64,000 nt of DNA, taken from an uncultured Pseudomonadota bacterium (lineage in GTDB: Bacteria > JAMCPX01). Location of the stretch: positions 3,911 through 67,910 of the forward strand of contig CAZJPN010000092.1 of NCBI GenBank assembly GCA_964547905.1. Reading direction: 5' to 3'. The notes below the pieces were generated by a model. The model had not been told where the DNA came from. It saw nothing but the letters and a program-made list of their open reading frames with translations, and made no database searches. Made by a program: the position numbers and the translations under genes. Shown here piece by piece: positions 57,145-64,000 of the stretch. Numbering within the stretch: position 1 is the first letter of the stretch; the number at the start of each line of letters is the position of its first letter.

Positions 57145-58176
57145 CTAAGAAGCAACAGGCAGCGTTACTACAAAACTTGAACCAATGCCGAATTCGCTTA
57201 CTACCTGTAACTGACCGGAATGTGCCTGAATAATCCTCTTTGCTGTAAGCACCTCTATATAAAGTTTTTCCTCATCTTTCATGTGGGAGAAGGTGTGCTT
57301 GTCTGTTACATTTTCAAAGATTGATTCCGCTGTCCCCATACCTGTATTTGCGATTACAAGCATAATATAAGGTTTATCATCCACAATGTCGTCCTTGACT
57401 TCTATGTACAGAATATCCTTTTCGTGTTCTTCTTTTATCGCAAGGCTTAGCAGATTTATCAACCCCTTGGTGAATTTTTCCCTGTCGAGTTTTATTGTAA
57501 AGTTCTCAGCTTTATAAGCGGTGTATAGCATGATACCTTGTTTCTGTGCAAAAGGCTCAATACTTTTTACACACGATTTTATAACCCTTAAAACATCTAC
57601 GTCGTCAAACTCGAGATTGAGAACGCCGGATGTCAACTGATTTATATCAAGCAGTGTTTCGAGTGCGTTCATGAGCATCCTGGTAGAATCTTTTGCCTGC
57701 CGGACATATACGTCTTCGGCTTTGAGTATTTGTTTGTTGTTGAATAGATCGTATAATGTATAGATGGGATCCTTCAATTCGTTTATCATCATGGAGGTGA
57801 GCTCTGATCTCTGTATAAGAAGGTGTTCTTCTACTGTTGTATCAAGCATATTTAAAATAAAACCGGTGTATTTTTCTTCTACCATAATGGGAGATATTCC
57901 GAGTTTCATAAACTTGTTCTTTTCTTCTATGTGTATCCTTACAGGTGTATTCGTTTGTTTTACTTTTTCTATTGACTCGGATATCTTTTCCCAGTTTTCT
58001 TTTGAAAATATTGTGGAAATGGGCGTACCTATCAGCTTGTCTACTTCTTTAGAAAGAAACCGCAGAGCAGAGGGATTGGCATAAACTATGTTGTAAGACG
58101 AATCGGCTATCAAAATCCCGCTGTCAACGAAAGCCAGAAGCGTTTTCATTTTTTTGAATAATTCCGTACCAACCAT
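57145..58176 (-). CDS. PAS-domain histidine-kinase-like protein with degenerate catalytic boxes (pseudokinase)
   Basis: PAS (GILIAD....IVYANP) plus HisKA and HATPase folds; the H-box reads MINELKDP (His to Asn) and the N, G1 and G2 boxes are altered. Confidence 0.8.
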   Translation of the reverse strand: MVGTELFKKMKTLLAFVDSGILIADSSYNIVYANPSALRFLSKEVDKLIGTPISTIFSKENWEKISESIEKVKQTNTPVRIHIEEKNKFMKLGISPIMVEEKYTGFILNMLDTTVEEHLLIQRSELTSMMINELKDPIYTLYDLFNNKQILKAEDVYVRQAKDSTRMLMNALETLLDINQLTSGVLNLEFDDVDVLRVIKSCVKSIEPFAQKQGIMLYTAYKAENFTIKLDREKFTKGLINLLSLAIKEEHEKDILYIEVKDDIVDDKPYIMLVIANTGMGTAESIFENVTDKHTFSHMKDEEKLYIEVLTAKRIIQAHSGQLQVVSEFGIGSSFVVTLPVAS

Positions 58177-58773
58177 TTAAAATCCTATAATCCCAAGTTT
58201 TGTTAACTTATAAAACCTTCTCATAGTCTCAAAACGGTCTATGTTGTTGATCGTCTGAAATATTTCTTCGGCTGTAGAATAGCCGTCAATCATTGACACA
58301 ACATAGCCGTCTGTTTTATCGAGGTTATACTTTATAAGATCCTGTTCATTGATGTTTAACTTAGGGATTTTTTTGAAACTGTACAATTCATTATAATAAA
58401 GTTTAATCAGTTGTGCTTTTACAATGGAGAGATATGCCATGAGCTGTTTATTCGAATGATAAACCTTTTCATAAAGCCTTTCGAGGAATTCATACGCAAG
58501 TTCGTACCTGCGTGATTTTAAAAGTTCTCTTATATAGTTCATATTGACAAATTCAGCACTTTTAAAGTCGGACTTTGGAACTTCTTCTGATGGCGGTGAA
58601 ATCACCGGAGATTCCGTACTGAAGCCCGCTGATTCGATATAATCAATAGCCTGTTGATTGTTTGGATCAAGTTCCACCACCTTTCTCCATATAGTAACTG
58701 CATCCTCGGTCTTGCCATAGCCGTAAAGTGTCAAACCATCCTGTAATAATTTTTCTATCTCTTCCTGGTTCAT
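58177..58773 (-). CDS. TPR protein with C-terminal S-x-IDG (winged-helix-like) domain
   Basis: N-terminal TPR (AVTIWRKVVELDPNNQQA); C-terminal GYVVSMIDGYSTAEEI. Confidence 0.75.
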   Translation of the reverse strand: MNQEEIEKLLQDGLTLYGYGKTEDAVTIWRKVVELDPNNQQAIDYIESAGFSTESPVISPPSEEVPKSDFKSAEFVNMNYIRELLKSRRYELAYEFLERLYEKVYHSNKQLMAYLSIVKAQLIKLYYNELYSFKKIPKLNINEQDLIKYNLDKTDGYVVSMIDGYSTAEEIFQTINNIDRFETMRRFYKLTKLGIIGF

Positions 58774-60347
58774 TGGTCCTTTAGTTCTAATTCAAGAGAG
58801 ATCATGCTTTCTTTCATAGTGGTTATCTCTTCAGCACTTAATCCGCTCTTTGCTTCAAGAGTAACAGTTTGTTCTATCCCGAGGTCAGCGTCCTTCGCCG
58901 TTACCCTGAGAATACCCTCGCTGTTCATGTCGAAACCGACCTCGATATTGGGTTCGCCTTTTTTGGAAAGTCTTACTCCGCTTAGAACGAACTCTCCGAG
59001 AAGTTCGTTATCATTCGCCATCTTTTCGTTGCCTTGATAAACAGCTATTCTTACCGCATCTTGATTATCATAGGTTGTTGTGAACCGACGCGTTTTTGTT
59101 ACAGGTACCGCTGTATTTCTCGGTATGATTTCTGTAAAAACGCCGCCTTTTGTCTGTATACCGAGGGACAGGGCAGTAATGTCGACAAGTATATTTGAGG
59201 GTAGAGGTGATACGATATTATAAGCGTGTATGGCTGCCCCTTCTGCCACTACTTCATCAGGGTTTATACTCCTGTTTGGTTGTTTTTCGAAAAATTCAGC
59301 CACCTTTTTTATAATGAGTGGTGCCCTTGTCTGACCCCCTACAAGTATAACCTCAGCAATGTCACTCTTTTTAAGCCCGGCGTCATCTAATGTATTCTTA
59401 CATATCTGTATGGTCTGTTCAACCAGTTCATGCATAAATCCTTCAAGAACGCTCCTTGTTATTACTGTGTTGTAGTGAATCGACCCCTGTGAAGTCTCTG
59501 TCAGGAATGGCAAAGATATTGTTGTCTCTATTTGAGAAGAAAGTTCTATCTTTGCCCTTTCTACGGCGTCCTTTAATCTCTGCATTGCCATTACATCCTG
59601 TTTTAAATCCGTTCCATTTATTTTCTTAAAATCTTCGAGTATGTAATTAATAATTCTATTATCGATATCCTCTCCGCCGAGGTATGTATTACCTGCTGTA
59701 GACAATACTTCATATACTCCTTCCCCAAGTTCGAGTATCGAGATGTCAAAGGTGCCTCCTCCAAAATCATAGACGGCTATAAGTTCATTCTTTTTCCCCC
59801 TTTTCTGTCCATAAGCCAGAGCGGATGCAGTTGGCTCGTTTATGATCCTTAAGACTTTTAATCCGGCTATCTCAGCGGCATCTATTGTAGCCTGTCTTTG
59901 ATTTTCGTTAAAATAGGCTGGCACTGTAATACATGCACCCTCTATATCATCTTCGAGAAACCCCTGTGCTACATTTTTTGCCTCAAGCAGTATAAAGGCG
60001 CTGATCTCGGGAATACTTATAGATTTTTCCCCGCATATAACCCGTATATCCTGGTGAGGGCCTTCCACAATTTCATAGGGCACTTTCGTCTTTGTAACCT
60101 GTACTTCCTTAGAATCATATCTTCTGCCTATAAGTCTCTTTGCTGCGAAGATTGTATTTTTGGGATTTGTTATTGATTGCCGTTTAGCCCTTACACCGAC
60201 AAGGTTTTTTTCATCACTGGTGATAGCAAAGTAACTCGGTATGAGTCTGTTGCCTGTTGAAGATGGTATAACCAAAGGCTTGCCGTTTAACATGGCAGCA
60301 ACACATGTGTTTGTGGTACCGAGATCGATACCTATTGTTTTACCCAT
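58770..60347 (-). CDS. Hsp70/DnaK paralog lacking most of the alpha-helical lid
   Basis: [21 protein letters not shown] and VGGQTR motifs; 525 aa, ending just after SGLSAEEI. Confidence 0.92.
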   Translation of the reverse strand: MGKTIGIDLGTTNTCVAAMLNGKPLVIPSSTGNRLIPSYFAITSDEKNLVGVRAKRQSITNPKNTIFAAKRLIGRRYDSKEVQVTKTKVPYEIVEGPHQDIRVICGEKSISIPEISAFILLEAKNVAQGFLEDDIEGACITVPAYFNENQRQATIDAAEIAGLKVLRIINEPTASALAYGQKRGKKNELIAVYDFGGGTFDISILELGEGVYEVLSTAGNTYLGGEDIDNRIINYILEDFKKINGTDLKQDVMAMQRLKDAVERAKIELSSQIETTISLPFLTETSQGSIHYNTVITRSVLEGFMHELVEQTIQICKNTLDDAGLKKSDIAEVILVGGQTRAPLIIKKVAEFFEKQPNRSINPDEVVAEGAAIHAYNIVSPLPSNILVDITALSLGIQTKGGVFTEIIPRNTAVPVTKTRRFTTTYDNQDAVRIAVYQGNEKMANDNELLGEFVLSGVRLSKKGEPNIEVGFDMNSEGILRVTAKDADLGIEQTVTLEAKSGLSAEEITTMKESMISLELELKDQ

Positions 60348-60349
60348 AA

Positions 60350-61480
60350 TTATTTAATCAAACTCCTCAATTGTTTTATTTCTACCTTAATATCATCCGT
60401 TTTAACACCAAGGGCAATAGTTTGTTCATATTCGAATAAGGAGCTTTTAAGAAGCCCGGCTTTTTTATATATTTTAGCAAGCAAAAGATGATAATCGGGG
60501 TTTTTCGGATCTAGTTCTATGGCCTTTTGGCAGTAATTTTTAGCCTCCTTCATAGGCTGATTAAAGTCATACATTACAGAGGCAAGTTTATAGTATATGG
60601 ATTTTTTTTCGTTGGTAAGTTCTATTGCAGTTTTCAGAAAATTTAATGCATCCTCCGGCTTATTCAATTCGACGCTTATATCCGCCTTTTTTAGCAAGTC
60701 CTCATATCTATTTGCCTTCATATGCCTTTCCGCCTCTTGCACCTTGTTGATATACTCTTTATCATAAGGATTATAGGAGACTGCCAATTTTAGGTTAATA
60801 TAGGCGTTGGAATAGTCATTATCCATGAAGGCCTTTATCCCAAGCTTGTAGTATGTCGATGCTTTTTTGACTCGATCTTTTATCTGATCCGTTATGATGT
60901 GCTTTGTTGATGTTTCAACGGTAGTTTTTTCAAGCTTGAGGGTATCAGTCTTTGATTTAGCAGTTGATGCCTCTGGTTTAGTCTCTATTGTTTTTTTGGT
61001 AGCTTTGTTTTTTAATGTTTCGTAAGCCTGTTGTACTTTTTTATATATATCCTCAAGAAAATGCTTGTCTTCGGGAAGAACGGCTCTTGCGTAATAACTG
61101 TCCGGATGGAACATCTTTGTCTTTTCGAAGTATGCTTCTTTAATCTGCTCCATAGGAGCACTCTCAGAAACACCGAGCATTGAATATGGATCTGCATTCT
61201 CATAAATAGCATAGAGGTCTTTTATTGATTGCTCGGTTTGTTTCTGTTCATTGGATTTAATAGGGGGATGTAAAGAGGAATCACTCTGTTTAAATTCAAC
61301 CACATTGTGATTTCTTAGATTTTCAAGGATCTTATTTACCGAGGTTAATCCAAAACCTGTTACTTTTGCTATTTCTTTTGCCGATGTTCTTCCATCGATG
61401 AGCGATACTACAAACTTCTCTTGCTCTGTTAACCCTGAAACACTACTTACCTGTTTGATAAGTTTTGGCATAGATTCCAT
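60350..61480 (-). CDS. J-domain plus TPR co-chaperone with N-terminal S-x-IDG domain
   Basis: DPYSMLGV...IKEAY...FHPD...AYETL J-domain; C-terminal TPRs (AIELDPKNPDYH); likely start ATG 61480 after AAGGA. Confidence 0.88.
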   Translation of the reverse strand: MESMPKLIKQVSSVSGLTEQEKFVVSLIDGRTSAKEIAKVTGFGLTSVNKILENLRNHNVVEFKQSDSSLHPPIKSNEQKQTEQSIKDLYAIYENADPYSMLGVSESAPMEQIKEAYFEKTKMFHPDSYYARAVLPEDKHFLEDIYKKVQQAYETLKNKATKKTIETKPEASTAKSKTDTLKLEKTTVETSTKHIITDQIKDRVKKASTYYKLGIKAFMDNDYSNAYINLKLAVSYNPYDKEYINKVQEAERHMKANRYEDLLKKADISVELNKPEDALNFLKTAIELTNEKKSIYYKLASVMYDFNQPMKEAKNYCQKAIELDPKNPDYHLLLAKIYKKAGLLKSSLFEYEQTIALGVKTDDIKVEIKQLRSLIK

Positions 61481-61680
61481 ATTCCTTATTTGTAATAATA
61501 TTAATATTTTTGTCAAGCACTAAAACGATCAATGTCTAAAGCCTATATTTATTTGCACAGTCTGTTTTTTTTGCAAAATTATAACATAAATGTACTTACA
61601 CATTACTTACAGATAGGTATTTTTTAAGTTTGTCCTTGTGATTGACAATTAGATTCCATTTATATATAAATATATTGATT

Positions 61681-62622
61681 ATGTTCAAACATAAATTAAT
61701 TTATAAGATTTTTGCTATAATAATGACATTTGTGTTTGTTTCATCCACATGGGCAGCAGATATTGCCATTATAAAAACACGTAATCTTGTGCCATACAAC
61801 GAGGCTATCACGGGTTTTACCGTAAATTGTAGTGCTCTACGTACCAAAGAGTATGACATGGAAGAGAACCAGGCACGCGGGGAAGAGATTGCAGGGCAGA
61901 TAAATGAAAGTAAGCCATCCGTTGTACTCGCTGTAGGCGCCCCTGCTGCCCAAATAGCAAAACTGTATATAGACAAATCAATTCCTGTTGTATTTATAAT
62001 GGTTCAGAGCCCCGAGAAAATAGGTCTTCAAGATATAGCCAATTTGACAGGAATTTCACTCAATATTCCCGTAGAGACGCAGTTGCGTGCATTAAAAGCC
62101 CTGGTTCCTTCTGTAATCAGGGTTGGCGCAATATACAACCCAAGGAATACGGCTCAGGAAATCAATCAGGCAATGAGGATCTCCAATCAACTTGGATTCA
62201 GGCTTATTGCAGCAAAAGTGGATACCCCCAATGACGTTACAAGGGCACTCAGAGCATTTGCTGAAGGTATAGATGCATACTGGATGCTTCCCGATATAAC
62301 AGTCATGCAGGCATTTACAACGATCCTGAACTATACAAACGACAGAAGGATACCGTTTCTTGCTCCATCAAAGATTATGGTAGACAGGGGAGCGCTTGTT
62401 TCGCTTGCTCCTAATTATGCAAATATAGGAAGTCAGGGATGCGGTATCGTTAATCAGATAATCAGCGGGACAAAACCATCTCAAATTCCTATTTCTCCTC
62501 CCACGGGATTGGAACTCACGGTTAATCTTACAGCGGCTAAAACGCTCGGATTGCAGAGCATTGCAACAAATGCAATGACATTTGCAGCATCAGAAGGCTA
62601 CAAGATAAGCATATCACAGTAA
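61681..62622 (+). CDS. ABC-type substrate-binding protein (ABC_sub_bind family)
   Basis: Signal peptide, IPVVF, NLTGIS, GAIYNP, GALVS and VNLTAAKTLGL motifs. TTGACA at 61642 is more likely the -35 element than a TTG start. Confidence 0.85.
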   Translation: MFKHKLIYKIFAIIMTFVFVSSTWAADIAIIKTRNLVPYNEAITGFTVNCSALRTKEYDMEENQARGEEIAGQINESKPSVVLAVGAPAAQIAKLYIDKSIPVVFIMVQSPEKIGLQDIANLTGISLNIPVETQLRALKALVPSVIRVGAIYNPRNTAQEINQAMRISNQLGFRLIAAKVDTPNDVTRALRAFAEGIDAYWMLPDITVMQAFTTILNYTNDRRIPFLAPSKIMVDRGALVSLAPNYANIGSQGCGIVNQIISGTKPSQIPISPPTGLELTVNLTAAKTLGLQSIATNAMTFAASEGYKISISQ

Positions 62623-62641
62623 AACTCAAGAAGGCGGTAAA

Positions 62642-64000
62642 TTGGACAATATAATTAAATTCGGAACATCTGGGTTTAGGGGCATTATTGCAGACTCGTT
62701 TACTTTTAGGACTCTTACTGCAACAGTACATGCTGTAGCAGATTACGTAAAAGCGCATTCAATCAATGCCCAGCCAAGACTTATGGTAGGCTATGATCCC
62801 AGGTTTATGGGAGAGGTTTTTGCAAAAGATGTAGCGGAAAATCTGAATATGCGCGGCGTAGATGTTGTCTTAACAAATAGGGATACCCCAACACCTGTTA
62901 TAGCATTCTATGTTATAGCTCATAAGCTTGATGGGGCTATAAATATTACCGCAAGTCATAATCCGCCCATCTACACGGGTATAAAATTTACACCATCATG
63001 GGGGGGGCCGGCCATGCCCGAAGAGACAAAGCAAATAGAGTCTATGGCGAACCAATACCTTGCTGAGAACAGCTTATTCGGGCAAACACAAAAAAATAAG
63101 GGTAAAACAGAATTTGTAGATCCTATGTCGGAATATATCGATCATCTGAACGACATGATAGATTTTAAAGAGATTGCCAAGGCTAATTTAAAGATAGCAA
63201 TAGATCCCCTGCACGGAGCAGGCCGAGGCTATCTTAAAAGAATATGTGAAACACATGGTATAAAATATGTATCCATACATGAGGCAAGAGATCCATACTT
63301 TGGCGGTGCCGTTCCCGACCCCAATGAAACTAATCTTTTTGAATTGAAAAAGCTTATGGCGGAAGATGAGACCATTGCCCTCGGCATGGCAACCGACGGC
63401 GATGCAGACAGATTCGGTATTTTAGACAGGCACGGCAGGTTTATAATACCTGATTATGTACTCGCGATTCTATCGGAGTATGTGCTTTCAACACGTGATT
63501 TTGAGGGAGGGCTTGGCAGATCAATTGCGACAACACATCTTATTGACAGGATAGCCCGTCAGCACAAAAGAGAGGTTTATGAAACACCCGTAGGTTTTAA
63601 GTACATAGGTAAACTGCTGACAGAGGGAAAGATCGTGTTTGGAGGAGAAGAAAGCGGCGGGCTTTCTATTATAGGGCATATACCGGATAAGGACGGGATT
63701 ATTGCAGGTCTGCTCATGCTTGAGGCAGTTGCAAGAACGAATAAGACGGGCAGTTTCCTTCTGGAAGATATCTATAAAATGGTTGGAACCTTATATGCCG
63801 ACAGAAGGGATATAGAGCTTGATAATGATAGCCATGCGCATGCGAAGGCATTAATGTCAAACCCTTCGATATTGATTGATAAGTTTAAGCCCCTGGAGGT
63901 TGATAGAACAGAAGGGCTAAAATTGCTGTTGGAAGGCGGATCATGGCTTCTCTTGAGATTATCGGGAACCGAGCCTGTAATAAGGATTTATGCAGAAGGA
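62642..64000 (+). CDS. Phosphoglucomutase/phosphomannomutase (3'-truncated by the window edge; absent from the ORF track)
   Basis: Manual translation from TTG 62642: MDNIIKFGTSGFRG...ITASHNP...TDGDADRFG...GGEESGG...RLSGTEP. Confidence 0.93.
   Translation, partial: MDNIIKFGTSGFRGIIADSFTFRTLTATVHAVADYVKAHSINAQPRLMVGYDPRFMGEVFAKDVAENLNMRGVDVVLTNRDTPTPVIAFYVIAHKLDGAINITASHNPPIYTGIKFTPSWGGPAMPEETKQIESMANQYLAENSLFGQTQKNKGKTEFVDPMSEYIDHLNDMIDFKEIAKANLKIAIDPLHGAGRGYLKRICETHGIKYVSIHEARDPYFGGAVPDPNETNLFELKKLMAEDETIALGMATDGDADRFGILDRHGRFIIPDYVLAILSEYVLSTRDFEGGLGRSIATTHLIDRIARQHKREVYETPVGFKYIGKLLTEGKIVFGGEESGGLSIIGHIPDKDGIIAGLLMLEAVARTNKTGSFLLEDIYKMVGTLYADRRDIELDNDSHAHAKALMSNPSILIDKFKPLEVDRTEGLKLLLEGGSWLLLRLSGTEPVIRIYAEG

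Overview
A 64-kb window of bacterial chromosome from a diderm organism. Gene content (meso-DAP murE, lptD, futalosine-pathway mqnD, multiheme cytochrome, sigma54 promoter, extra Hsp70/J-domain genes) suggests a deltaproteobacterial-type lineage; this is inference. Housekeeping content: nadA, sufS-sufU-thiM-thiE, a complete dcw cluster (mraZ to ftsZ), purM, an addB-like nuclease, uvrB, mqnD, lptD, chrA, lhgO, galU, ttcA and a partial pgm. No rRNA, tRNA, CRISPR array or intact transposase was seen. Two candidate uncharacterised systems stand out. (1) A sigma54-driven redox operon at 38.1-42.7 kb: two GcvH-like proteins lacking the lipoyl-lysine motif, a HybA-like ferredoxin with no Tat signal, a 77-aa copy of its membrane tail, an NrfD/HybB protein and a tetraheme cytochrome, with no catalytic subunit. 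(2) A four-gene chaperone/signalling operon at 57.1-61.5 kb: a J-domain/TPR protein, a lid-less Hsp70, a TPR protein sharing a domain with the J protein, and a PAS histidine pseudokinase. Non-coding findings: a 40-bp motif shared upstream of two lipid/ester-related genes, a TTGACA-N4-TGTCAA palindrome found twice, near-leaderless promoters, several REP-like repeat families, and four gene remnants (porin, RelE-like toxin, DUF2378-like, DUF2231). All family assignments come from motif recognition by eye; no database searches were run.
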